43,286 nt of DNA from NCBI GenBank assembly GCA_051294375.1, contig JBJCIZ010000250.1, positions 1 to 43,286 of the forward strand. The letters are read 5' to 3'. Position 1 is the first letter of the stretch; every line of letters begins with the position of its first letter. The stretch comes from Paraspadella gotoi. Its lineage: Eukaryota; Animalia; Chaetognatha. This document shows, piece by piece, positions 10,915-23,820 of this stretch. The notes under the pieces are model-generated. The model was not told the origin of the DNA and searched no databases. It saw nothing but the letters and a program-made list of their open reading frames with translations. Made by a program: the position numbers and the translations under genes.

Positions 10915-11420
10915 TGTTGACCAAATTAAATAATTAATTATCCCAAGTTGTCCAAATTATCTAAATTGACCAAATATGCAAGTTGACCAAATTAAATGAC
11001 TGGTTGACTAAATTAAGCAAATTAACCATTTATACCAGTTGACCAATTTATGCCAATTGGACAAATCTATGAAATTGACCAATTATGCAAGTTGACCAAA
11101 TTATGCGAGTTGATTAATAATTATGCAAATTGATTAAATTATGAAAGTTTACCAAATATGAAAGTTTACCAAATTATGAAAGTTTACGAATTATTAAAGT
11201 TTACCAACAATTATAAAAGTTTAGCCCAATTATGAAGGTTAACCAAATTTAAGCAAGTTAACTAAAATTAAAAAAATTACCAAATTAATAAAAAGTTTCC
11301 CAATTATAAAAGTTTACAAAATTTAAAAGTTGATTAAATATATAGTTGACCAATTTATGTCAGTTGACCAAATTATGTCAATTGACTAAATTATGGCAAG
11401 GTGACATTATGCAAGTTGGT
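10915..11420. repeat. ~19-20-bp minisatellite (GTTGACCAAATTATGCAA-like)
   Basis: Direct inspection. Confidence 0.85.
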
Positions 11421-12009
11421 ATTGGATGCTATTGGTTCATGATTGAATAATTGAAGTGAAAAATATTATTTTATTTTTATATTTATTGTAATGAAAATGA
11501 AAATAGAAAATAGATAGAGAGAAGAGAGAGGAGGGAGAGAGAGTAGAGAGAGAGAGATAGGAGGGAGAGAGAGCCGTTCCAGGGGCAGGAAAATCCATTC
11601 CCTGGGGGTAGCCCAGGGGGCAAGGTTTTATAGCCCAGGGGATTCCCTGGATGGCCCCTGGGGCTCCAAAAAAGAGGCTACAGGGGCCGCCCAAGGCGGT
11701 AAGAATTGCCTTCCCTCGGGGGCCCCGCGAGCACCCCCGCGGGCCGCCCCACACCGCCCCCCGGGGGAAGCGATTCTGAAGGATGACATACTTGCTCTCA
11801 GAGATCTACTGGTGTCAGAACATGAGAAAAAATAGATGATAACGACGATGTTTAAAAATGTCAAAATGGCTCAGAGACTAAAATAAAATTGCATTTATCA
11901 AGACTTTGGAAAGAGATACTAAATAAAAACATGACATGGCACGGCATGGCATGGCAAAGGAGGTTTAAGACCTATTAATAAAACTTAGATACTCCTAGAA
12001 GAAATGTGT

Positions 12010-12140
12010 TGCCCCAGAGGCATCCCCATGGGGCCTCCATTCATTTCAAAAGTGGTACCCCTTCTCAGGCTATAATCTTCTCCCCTGGAATAGATTGCCC
12101 CCTGGGGCCGCCCCTTCTGCGGCCCCGCGGGGGCTGACAT
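12010..12140 (-). repeat. Third GC-rich block, inverted relative to 8856-8935
   Basis: Reverse complement CCCCGCGGGGCCGCAGAAGGGGCGGCCCCAGGGGGCAATCTATTCCAGGGGAG matches 8879-8932 closely. Confidence 0.65.
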
Positions 12141-12819
12141 TCTGGACGATCACATATTCTCGAATCTGCAACCCGCGGATCAGAAGAAGCTTTTGTAAGG
12201 AATCCGGGATTATCCCCTCTGTACAAAGATATGCCTCGCCCTTCCTTTTAATTTGGTTATTATCCCGGCCAGTATCTTTGTTACTTTGACTTCTCCGTGA
12301 AACTCACGGCTCAAATCAGTTGCGTTTATCGAAGCAAAGTGGAAACTTTGCAATCCCGGGAAAACTCAATTTCTAAGTGTTTTTTGCGTTTAATAATGTA
12401 CAAAGAAAGTCTATAAACACATAATTATTCGTTTTACTTCGTTAATCTCATGTTGAAATATTTGAACGGGCAACGCTTCAAACGTTAGAATTTACGGGCG
12501 TGAAGATACAAGAAACTTCACACCCTCACATCGACTTGGTAATTTCCTCTACACTGCCTCCACAATATAGTTCCACCAACCGCCCTCCACCATCATTGCT
12601 TAACTGAATCACCGGTCGATTGACGCTTTGCTTTTTTTTTTCCTCTACTGCCTTCGATTTCCTTCTATTTTCCTTTTTTTTCTTCCTTTTTTTTCCCTTT
12701 ATTTTTTTGCCCCATGAAATATGGGCGACGCCACCGTACTGACGCCCACGCGCGGAGTTTTTTTTTCTCTCTCTCTGTTTTACTCCCTCGTTTCCTTTTA
12801 TTTTGTGGATGCGTTGCTC

Positions 12820-12861
<42 letters not shown>

Positions 12862-12960
12862 CTCTCTCTGTCGTCTCTCTTTTGACCTCATGAGCCACAG
12901 TAATTTCGCCCCCGGTTTAGTCTATTTCATATTTATGTTCATGTTCATGTTCTCTCTCTT

Positions 12961-13013
<53 letters not shown>

Positions 13014-14284
13014 CGTCTCTCTCTCTCACTTTCTCGGGATAACAGTAGGACAGTCTCGTATGCTTCAGTCTCATTAAGAAACAAAAAAACAAAACCATTT
13101 AAAATCGTAAAAGAAACGACGACTTAAAAAGTGAAAGTGTAAAATACCGATTTACGTCAAAATTTGATTTCTATATATATATATGTAGCTAAAGTGTCTG
13201 TCAAATACAAAATGACAGAAAAAGCGAGATAATGAAAAAAAGACAGAAAAAAAAATAATAAAGACAGAAAAAAAAATAATAAAGACAGAAAAAGACGGGG
13301 CTACAAAGTAGGGCAGTTCGCAGCCTCTCATTGAAATAAGGACCTCCCTTTTTTATGACTACAATTTATCCGAATGATTATCCCTTCCGGGTCCTTTTTT
13401 TTTCTTTCTTTATTTCCTTTTTCTTTCCTTTTTTTTATGGGTCACTTTTCTTTCTCTTCTTTCATCCCTCCCTTCTCGAGAGGGCCTTCAATTAAAAGAC
13501 TTCTCGTCTGCGACTTAACCCTACTTTAACTTTACTTATTTTGTTCCTTGATTGATTTTTTTTCTTTACTTTCTTCTTTTCCTCCCTTCACTCTCTCTCT
13601 CTCTCTCTCNNNNNNNNNNNNNNNNNNNNNNNNNNNNNNNNNNNNNNNNNNNNNNNNNNNNNNNNNNNNNNNNNNNNNNNNNNNNNNNNNNNNNNNNNNN
13701 NNNNNNNNNNNNNNNNNNNNNNNNNNNNNNNNNNNNNNNNNNNNNNNNNNGATATCTGAATATGAATCGCGAGGGAGGAAGGAAGGGAGAAGAGCAGGAA
13801 GGAGGAAGGGAGGAAGGGGGAAAAGAGAAAGGAAAAAGGGAGGAGAGAGGAAAGGAAAAGAAATTGAGACGAGGGAGAGAGAGAGAGAGAGAGAAGGAGA
13901 CATAAGAGGCTCAGTGTAAAGCGTTTAAAAAAAAAGGGGAAAAGGGTAGAAGAGGAGATATATAATTTAGCATAGTGGCGCCGGAATAAGTAGTAAAGCC
14001 GAGATTTGGATCAACTTCAGCGGAACAATGTTTTTTTTTCACAGATGACCGCGTATCGTCGACAGACGTTCTCAGTCTGAGCCAATAGATGACCGCAGAT
14101 GTCCGCGGATGATCATAAAGCCCAGAACATTCTCGTCCGAGTTTCGGGACGAACCCGAAACTCGTTGGAAATGAGGCCGAGTTATTCTCCTTTCTAGCGT
14201 TAAGAGGAGAGAAAAGGTCAAACGGGATAATTTCCCCGCTTCTGCGGCGAATCCTTATGCCGAGCGGTCTTATGCTCATTAGAC

Positions 14285-14475
14285 CATAGCATCATTGCAC
14301 CATAGCCTCTCATTGGTTTTAAGGCCACATGGCTTAATAACCTCATGGTTCATATCTTCAAGCTTCATAGTCTCATGACTTTAAAGCTTTATGTATTCAT
14401 AGTTCATAGTTTCATAACTCATGGTTTCATAGCCTCAAGGTTTATAGCTTCATAGCTCATAGCCTCATGACCCCA
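14285..14475. repeat. Degenerate (CATAGCYT)n-type minisatellite
   Basis: Direct inspection. Confidence 0.7.
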
Positions 14476-14988
14476 TGAACGTTTTTTCGTCCATAATCGT
14501 TCGTCACGAGAAATTTTCTTTTTGGAATAATTCAAGTCCGTCGCATCGCGAATGCAGAGCTGAAGGTCTGGTCGGGAATTTTTAAAGAGAGCAGATGCCG
14601 GAGATGCAAAGAAATGACGGGTGCGGGACAGGTGCAGAAAAATATAGAGTGACGCAAGAAACAACCTTGGGGAGAAAAGGGGAGAATCTTCGCGTATTGG
14701 GAGATGCAGGAAGAACAACAGAAGATGCACCGATGGGACATAAAAAGGACGGGAAAAGAAACGGGACAGGTGCATAAAAAAGACGGATGCCGCGAAAAAA
14801 AAAAGAAACGGTTCAGCTGAGCGACAATGTCAGCGTTGGATCGAAAGTAAAGAGTCTATGTTGAGCAAGTGATACTTTAAATAAGTATTCATAACTGCCG
14901 CAAGGAAACTGATTTTAAAAATTCGTTTTGTGTTCATTCTCTCTTTCCGTTGCGTTTTAGTTAAAGACAAAACAAAGTTTATTTGTTT

Positions 14989-15132
14989 ATAAACAACGGG
15001 TTTTTTATTTAAAAAAAAAACGGACATGGTTCGAATCGAAATTTTTTCGCTGATGAAGACTCGAAAAAAAAATTAGGGTCGAAAGTTGAAACATGTCCAT
15101 TTTTTTTAATAAAAAAATAAACATTGTTTTAT
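14989..15132 (+). repeat. Long imperfect palindrome containing a Penelope-type hammerhead-like core
   Basis: Arms ATAAACAA...AAAAAACGGACATG...AATTTTTTCG and CGAAAAAAAAATT...CATGTCCATTTTTTT...TTGTTTTAT; CTGATGA-AGAC (15050-60)...GTC-GAAA (15078-84)...GAAACATGTC (15088-97), then AATAAA. Confidence 0.5.
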
Positions 15133-15439
15133 CTTTAAAAATGTCGCTATATTCTAGCTACGGATATTATCTAACGAATTTTCCTTGGCTTAAAAAAACA
15201 TAGGGTTTGTAATATTTAATGTAATATATGTCATAGGTCAAACGATAATAAACAGTCAAATAAAAAGGAGCTATTTCTTAAAGATATAAATGCCAACAGT
15301 GGGTTTGTTACTTTTTACGAAAATAAGATTATGCGAGCTGCAGTAAAACTGTTAATCTAGATCCGAATTTTCCCGGTCGAAGGTCTGAGTGGAAAACATA
15401 AAAAAATAATTCGATATTGAAATATTATCGACGAGAGAG

Positions 15440-15486
<47 letters not shown>

Positions 15487-15908
15487 ATCCATAAAAACTA
15501 GGAATCAGTAACGAGGGGAGCACAATTTCGTGTTGGGTGCTGAAACTTTGGGGAGGGGGAGTAACGAAGGTAAGGTTTGGTAAGGTTTCGAATGAATTTG
15601 GAAGAGAACGGGAGAAGGGAAAGGAATCCGGGGCTGCGAGCCTGTTTGACCCGGATCGGGACACCGAGTCATTTTTAACGATTACGAAGACAGAAAGATT
15701 GCGTGGTGCCTTCGACGGGGAAAAAAAGGGAAAAGGAGAGGAGGAAAGGAAAGGGAGAGGAGGAAAGGGGGNNNNNNNNNNNNNNNNNNNNNNNNNATGG
15801 AGGGAGAAGGAAAGGAAGAGGAGGGAAGGGGATGGGTGAGGAAGATGAAGGGAGAGGAGGAAAGGGGGATGGAGGGAGGTAAGGAAAGGGAGAGGAGGAA
15901 AGGGGTGG

Positions 15909-16239
15909 AGGGAGGAAAGGAAAGGAGAGGAGGAAGGGTGGAGGGAGGAAGGAAAGGAAGAGAGGAAGGGGGTGGAGTGAGGAAAACAAGACAAGAAAAA
16001 TATAGGAAAAGGAGATTAAGAGTAGGAGATTATACGTGGAAAGAAAAAGAATTTAAAAGATTAACACAAAATAATGAAATAAAAAAATAACTGTAACAAC
16101 TAACTATAACAAAAGTAAAGTATACTAAAGTTAAAAAAAATGGTCGTTAGAATAGACTATAGTTATCCATTTTTATCAAGTTGAGAGAGACATGAATGGT
16201 AAAATGGCAATATAGAGTCAGGAAAATGGAAAATAAAAG

Positions 16240-16288
<49 letters not shown>

Positions 16289-16470
16289 AGAGAGAGAAGA
16301 GAGAGAGAGAGAGAAGAGGAGAGAGAGAGAGAGAGAGAGGTGATGGCCAAAGGGAATCCCTTTAGGGAAAAATAAAACTGAAAAAGAATTAAAGGAACGA
16401 GGGCGGATAAAAGGAGCCAGTCACGATATATTCCTTTTCATCGTGGAGAGAGAGAGAGAGAGAGAGAGAG

Positions 16471-16528
<58 letters not shown>

Positions 16529-17454
16529 TTTGAACCTTTTTCCTTGAGACTCAAATTGAAACAAATATTAGGGAAAATAAAAAATCTAATTGAATTCCAA
16601 AATTCGTTCTTACCTTTCGATTTAATCTCATGTCCTCAGTAAAAGTATACGAAAAATTAATTTATATTTTCAAACGATTGGTAATCATTAAAATGGAAAA
16701 TGGTTTGACTCTTTTCATTTATTGTACTCTTTCTAAAGAGTCCTAACTTAAAAAGGACCAAAACATAAAATTAGGATGATGTGCATAATGGACGAACGAT
16801 CAGTAGGATTACAACGGGGATTACAACTGCACTTGGCGATACAAATGAGGAAAATGTAAAATTATTAGCAGCTCAAATATCTTACAAGACAAGGCGAAAG
16901 CCAAAACGAGCATGAAGACGACAACGACGACGACGACGAAGACAACGACGACAAAGTCAATGACAGTTTCCACGTATTAATTTGATTGTTTACTTAATAG
17001 TTGATTTAATATGAGTTTAATCTATTGTCGCCAATGACGAAGACAAAAATGGCCGCTACCACGCCAACTTCGACGCCAACGATGACGGCAAAATGACGCC
17101 AACACGACGTCATAACCACCCAAAACACGACCACCTCCTTGCATTGCGTGTCCTCCGGACGAACTTGCCTTCGTGGGAAAACCGGCATCGAAAAATCTCC
17201 GAACCGGATTCTCAAGTTGCAGAAGAAGAAAGAAAAAAAAGGTTTTTGGCGGGAAATTGCAAAATATGGATGGACGAAAAAATCTGGAGAGATGCAGGAA
17301 AGGAGAAAGAGCGAGAGAGAGAGAGAGAGACGAGAGAGAGAGAGAGAGAGACGAGGGTAGGAATCCGGTGGGATAAAACAAAAAGAGATTGAACAGGAGG
17401 GCGGGCAAGGACTTCGTCATATCAGAAAAGCGGAGAAAGATGAACGGAAGAGGA

Positions 17455-17516
<62 letters not shown>

Positions 17517-19595
17517 TTTGTACCTTCGTCCACCAAAGCGTCTGACACAAAAGGCGAGAAAACATAATCAAGTCTGGCGCCAGTAATCCCTTCATCGGCC
17601 CCTTCTCAACCCCTGACTCCCCTTCCACCCCATGTCTCCCTCTTTCGCCCGGCCGCCTTGTGCACACTCTCTCCAGACCCCCTAACTCAACTGGCCCGGA
17701 TCGCGTTCGCTCCGCGGATGTCGCACACGTCAGCCTAAGGAGACATAAGGTAGATTTTTTCTTTCGTCGCCCGCCACTGAACGTTCGAAATCACCCCTTG
17801 TTCTCCTCGACGGCCGAACTTTATTTCGTTTCCGCCGTCTTATTCGTTGTCTGTTCTCTGTATTATTTACTTGTTTGTTTTACATTTTTAATGTGTCCTC
17901 TTTCTTTCTTGCATCTTTGTGTATTGTTTTGATTCTCGTTCGGTTATTTCTCAATCGCGTGCTACTGGTCTTTATTATTTTTGGAATCAATCACTTGGTT
18001 CCAATTCCGTGGCACATAGTCGTTTCGCTGATTTGCGTTTATCGTCGTTCGTTGTCAGTCTGTAAATGCTCGCTCCCGTCGATCTCAGACCTAAGGAAGG
18101 GCTCTGGTCGTGTCGTGTTGTCGTCCGTCGTACTATTCGTCGTCTCTTGTCTGTAGGCTCCACATCTCGGCTTGATCTATTGTCTCGGTTCCAAGCATTG
18201 TTTCCGCATCGACGCAAACTGTCCATCTGATATCAGTGACAGCCCTAACTTTCCCAACACACTAGTCGACCACGGTCTACCCTGTACCTGTCGTCCGTCT
18301 CGCAGCAAACCCCGTCATCCACCTTGTTGCTCACACCTTTTCCGTAGTTTATTTATGAGGTTGTTCGCCTTTGTATTTCTCCCTCTTCTCCGTCTTCTTT
18401 TAAGTGATATTCACTATCAGCACATTAATCGGTGCTCACCTGCTCAATCCAACAACTTCTGGTTCTTTTACTGTTTTAACGCTGGGGAGTATGAGAGCAT
18501 GTACATAAAATGGGTTCAACTTGTCTTTTGTCGTGCGTTGTCGTCGTCATTCCGCTAAACTGTTGTAGTCTCTAGCTGTCCGCGCCGATGCCAATCGCAT
18601 ACCGCGTCCTGGTCCATCCGTCGTTGTAGACTATATGTTTTGTAGTTAGCATGCGTCACGTCCTGTTGTATACGATTCGCCACTCCGTCCATCCGGAGTG
18701 TTAATTCGCTCGTTGTCGCTATTGTTGCGTGGCGCCAACCAGTCAGTGCCGAGTCGTTCGTCTGTATTACAGACTTCCGACCAGATCTTGCAGTCTGAAG
18801 TTTTCCCATTGTTCCGACTCCGTAACCGTCCTCAACTCCACCGGTCGGTTGTCGCGTCTTATACAAGTTACTTGTTCCTCGTTTCGAGTTGAGATCTGCG
18901 TAACCCGTTCGTCGTCCCTCGGATACTGGTTCGTACTGCTGCCGCCCGGTATATTCCTTCGCTTTTAATCGATAGTTCCATCCTGCAACAAAAAAAAAAA
19001 CATACCAAATTCCAATACTAATTTTACATGTTACACATATCATGAACTAACAATAACCTCCCAACAAAAAAGACATACAAACACAAGATTTAGAAAAAAA
19101 GAGTAATCCGTATTGCTAAAAGAATAAGATTTATCTCTCTCTTCACTCACGGAAATACACATCAATAATCTTCCCTTCTCTCTATCCTCCCTCTCTGCCT
19201 ACCTCTTCCTTCTTCTCATTCATCCTACCTTCCAATCTCTACTCTTTCTATGAGGGAGGAAAGGAAAGGAAGAGGAGGGAAGGGGGTGGAGTGAGGAAAA
19301 GAAAGACAAGAAAAATATAGGAAAAGGAGATTTTAAGAGTAGGAGATTATACGTGGAAAGAAAAAGAATTTAAAAAGATTAACACAAAATAATGAAATAA
19401 AAAAATAAACTGTAACAACTAAACTATAACAAGAAGTAAAGTATACTAAAGTTAAAAAAATGGTTCGTTAGAATAAGACTATAAGTTAATCCCATTTTAT
19501 CAAGNNNNNNNNNNNNNNNNNNNNNNNNNTATCAAGTTGAGAGAGACATGAATGGTAAAATGGCAATATAGAGTCAGGAAAATGGAAAATAAAAG

Positions 19596-19644
<49 letters not shown>

Positions 19645-19826
19645 AGAGAGAGAAGAGAGAGAGAGAGAGAAGAGGAGAGAGAGAGAGAGAGAGAGGTGAT
19701 GGCCAAAGGGAATCCCTTTAGGGAAAAATAAAACTGAAAAAGAATTAAAGGAACGAGGGCGGATAAAAGGAGCCAGTCACGATATATTCCTTTTCATCGT
19801 GGAGAGAGAGAGAGAGAGAGAGAGAG

Positions 19827-19884
<58 letters not shown>

Positions 19885-20810
19885 TTTGAACCTTTTTCCT
19901 TGAGACTCAAATTGAAACAAATATTAGGGAAAATAAAAAATCTAATTGAATTCCAAAATTCGTTCTTACCTTTCGATTTAATCTCATGTCCTCAGTAAAA
20001 GTATACGAAAAATTAATTTATATTTTCAAACGATTGGTAATCATTAAAATGGAAAATGGTTTGACTCTTTTCATTTATTGTACTCTTTCTAAAGAGTCCT
20101 AACTTAAAAAGGACCAAAACATAAAATTAGGATGATGTGCATAATGGACGAACGATCAGTAGGATTACAACGGGGATTACAACTGCACTTGGCGATACAA
20201 ATGAGGAAAATGTAAAATTATTAGCAGCTCAAATATCTTACAAGACAAGGCGAAAGCCAAAACGAGCATGAAGACGACAACGACGACGACGACGAAGACA
20301 ACGACGACAAAGTCAATGACAGTTTCCACGTATTAATTTGATTGTTTACTTAATAGTTGATTTAATATGAGTTTAATCTATTGTCGCCAATGACGAAGAC
20401 AAAAATGGCCGCTACCACGCCAACTTCGACGCCAACGATGACGGCAAAATGACGCCAACACGACGTCATAACCACCCAAAACACGACCACCTCCTTGCAT
20501 TGCGTGTCCTCCGGACGAACTTGCCTTCGTGGGAAAACCGGCATCGAAAAATCTCCGAACCGGATTCTCAAGTTGCAGAAGAAGAAAGAAAAAAAAGGTT
20601 TTTGGCGGGAAATTGCAAAATATGGATGGACGAAAAAATCTGGAGAGATGCAGGAAAGGAGAAAGAGCGAGAGAGAGAGAGAGAGACGAGAGAGAGAGAG
20701 AGAGAGACGAGGGTAGGAATCCGGTGGGATAAAACAAAAAGAGATTGAACAGGAGGGCGGGCAAGGACTTCGTCATATCAGAAAAGCGGAGAAAGATGAA
20801 CGGAAGAGGA

Positions 20811-20872
<62 letters not shown>

Positions 20873-23561
20873 TTTGTACCTTCGTCCACCAAAGCGTCTG
20901 ACACAAAAGGCGAGAAAACATAATCAAGTCTGGCGCCAGTAATCCCTTCATCGGCCCCTTCTCAACCCCTGACTCCCCTTCCACCCCATGTCTCCCTCTT
21001 TCGCCCGGCCGCCTTGTGCACACTCTCTCCAGACCCCCTAACTCAACTGGCCCGGATCGCGTTCGCTCCGCGGATGTCGCACACGTCAGCCTAAGGAGAC
21101 ATAAGGTAGATTTTTTCTTTCGTCGCCCGCCACTGAACGTTCGAAATCACCCCTTGTTCTCCTCGACGGCCGAACTTTATTTCGTTTCCGCCGTCTTATT
21201 CGTTGTCTGTTCTCTGTATTATTTACTTGTTTGTTTTACATTTTTAATGTGTCCTCTTTCTTTCTTGCATCTTTGTGTATTGTTTTGATTCTCGTTCGGT
21301 TATTTCTCAATCGCGTGCTACTGGTCTTTATTATTTTTGGAATCAATCACTTGGTTCCAATTCCGTGGCACATAGTCGTTTCGCTGATTTGCGTTTATCG
21401 TCGTTCGTTGTCAGTCTGTAAATGCTCGCTCCCGTCGATCTCAGACCTAAGGAAGGGCTCTGGTCGTGTCGTGTTGTCGTCCGTCGTACTATTCGTCGTC
21501 TCTTGTCTGTAGGCTCCACATCTCGGCTTGATCTATTGTCTCGGTTCCAAGCATTGTTTCCGCATCGACGCAAACTGTCCATCTGATATCAGTGACAGCC
21601 CTAACTTTCCCAACACACTAGTCGACCACGGTCTACCCTGTACCTGTCGTCCGTCTCGCAGCAAACCCCGTCATCCACCTTGTTGCTCACACCTTTTCCG
21701 TAGTTTATTTATGAGGTTGTTCGCCTTTGTATTTCTCCCTCTTCTCCGTCTTCTTTTAAGTGATATTCACTATCAGCACATTAATCGGTGCTCACCTGCT
21801 CAATCCAACAACTTCTGGTTCTTTTACTGTTTTAACGCTGGGGAGTATGAGAGCATGTACATAAAATGGGTTCAACTTGTCTTTTGTCGTGCGTTGTCGT
21901 CGTCATTCCGCTAAACTGTTGTAGTCTCTAGCTGTCCGCGCCGATGCCAATCGCATACCGCGTCCTGGTCCATCCGTCGTTGTAGACTATATGTTTTGTA
22001 GTTAGCATGCGTCACGTCCTGTTGTATACGATTCGCCACTCCGTCCATCCGGAGTGTTAATTCGCTCGTTGTCGCTATTGTTGCGTGGCGCCAACCAGTC
22101 AGTGCCGAGTCGTTCGTCTGTATTACAGACTTCCGACCAGATCTTGCAGTCTGAAGTTTTCCCATTGTTCCGACTCCGTAACCGTCCTCAACTCCACCGG
22201 TCGGTTGTCGCGTCTTATACAAGTTACTTGTTCCTCGTTTCGAGTTGAGATCTGCGTAACCCGTTCGTCGTCCCTCGGATACTGGTTCGTACTGCTGCCG
22301 CCCGGTATATTCCTTCGCTTTTAATCGATAGTTCCATCCTGCAACAAAAAAAAAAACATACCAAATTCCAATACTAATTTTACATGTTACACATATCATG
22401 AACTAACAATAACCTCCCAACAAAAAAGACATACAAACACAAGATTTAGAAAAAAAGAGTAATCCGTATTGCTAAAAGAATAAGATTTATCTCTCTCTTC
22501 ACTCACGGAAATACACATCAATAATCTTCCCTTCTCTCTATCCTCCCTCTCTGCCTACCTCTTCCTTCTTCTCATTCATCCTACCTTCCAATCTCTACTC
22601 TTTCTATGAGAGAGAGAGAGAGAGAGAGATTTGAACCTTTTTCCTTTGAGACCTCAAATTGAAACAAATATTAGGAAAATAAAAAATCTAATTGAATTCC
22701 AAATTCCGTTCTTACCTTTTCGATTTAATCTCATGTCCTCAGTAAAAGTATACGAAAATAACTTTATATTTTCAAACGATTGGTAATCATTAAAATGGAA
22801 AATGGTTTGACTCTTTTCATTTATTGTACTCTTTCTAAACAGTCCTAACTTAAAAAGGACCAAAACATAAAATTAGGATGATGTGCATAATGACGAACGA
22901 TCAGTAGGATTACAACGGGGATTACAACTGCACTGGCGATACAAATGAGGAAAATGTAAAATGTATTAGCAGCTCAAATATCTTACAAGACAAGGCGAAA
23001 GCCAAAACGAGCATGAAGACGACAACGACGACGACGACGAAGACAACGACGACAAAGTCAATGACAGTTTCCACGTATTTAATTTGATTGTTTACTTAAT
23101 AGTTGATTTAAATATGAGTTTTAATCTATTGTCGCCAATGACGAAGACAAAAATGGCCGCTACCACGCCAACTTCGACGCCAACGATGACGGCAAAATGA
23201 CGCCAACAACGACGTCAATAACCACGCCAAAACACGACCACCTCCTTGCATTGCGTGTCCTCCGGACGAAACTTGCCCTTCGTGGGAAAACCGCATCGAA
23301 AAATCTCCGAACTCGGATTCTCAAAGTTGCAGAAGAAGAAAAAAAAAGGTTTTTGGCGGGAAATTGCAAAATATGGATGGACGAAAAAATCTGGAGAGAT
23401 GCAGGAAAGGAGAAAGAGCGAGAGAGAGAGAGAGAGACGAGAGAGAGAGAGAGAGAGACGAGGGTAGGAATCCGGTGGGATAAAACAAAAAGAGATTGAA
23501 CAGGAGGGCGGGCAAGGACTTCGTCATATCAGAAAAGCGGAGAAAGATGAACGGAAGAGGA

Positions 23562-23623
<62 letters not shown>

Positions 23624-23820
23624 TTTGTACCTTCGTCCACCAAAGCGTCTGACACAAAAGGCCGAGAAAACATAAATCAAGTCTGCGCCAGTAATCCCTT
23701 CATCGCCCCTTCTCAACCCCTGACTCCCCTTCTCCACCCCATGTCTCCCTCTTTCGCCGCCTCCTTCCAGACCCCTTAACTCACTGGCGTCGCGTTCGCT
23801 TCCGCGTTCGACGTCGCTAA
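15909..23820 (+). repeat. Tandem segmental copies (offset 3356 bp) plus a third partial copy; probable assembly artefact
   Basis: 16174-19251 equals 19530-22607 (identical ORF sets at +3356); 22611-23820 repeats ~16500-17760; 25-N joins at 15772-15796 and 19505-19529. Confidence 0.85.

Larger units (their letters stand above)
8843..11803. mobile_element. Non-autonomous foldback-type DNA element with GC-rich inverted subterminal blocks
   Basis: Left end CTCTCAGAGAGATATGTCAATCCT; right end reverse-complements to CTCTGAGAGCAAGTATGTCATCCT; blocks 8870-9115 and 11573-11770 are built of CCCC(A/T)GGGG-type palindromes; no transposase ORF. Confidence 0.5.

Noticed and set aside
13911-14279. 122-aa minus-strand ORF of normal composition
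   Set aside because: No recognisable domain or convincing splice sites; cannot be supported without a homology search.
17660-19043. Complex-looking ORFs (128 and 162 aa), repeated at 21016-22399
   Set aside because: The sequence is an insertion-noisy rendering of the GTC/GTT microsatellite region at ~23780-24545; the apparent complexity is read error.
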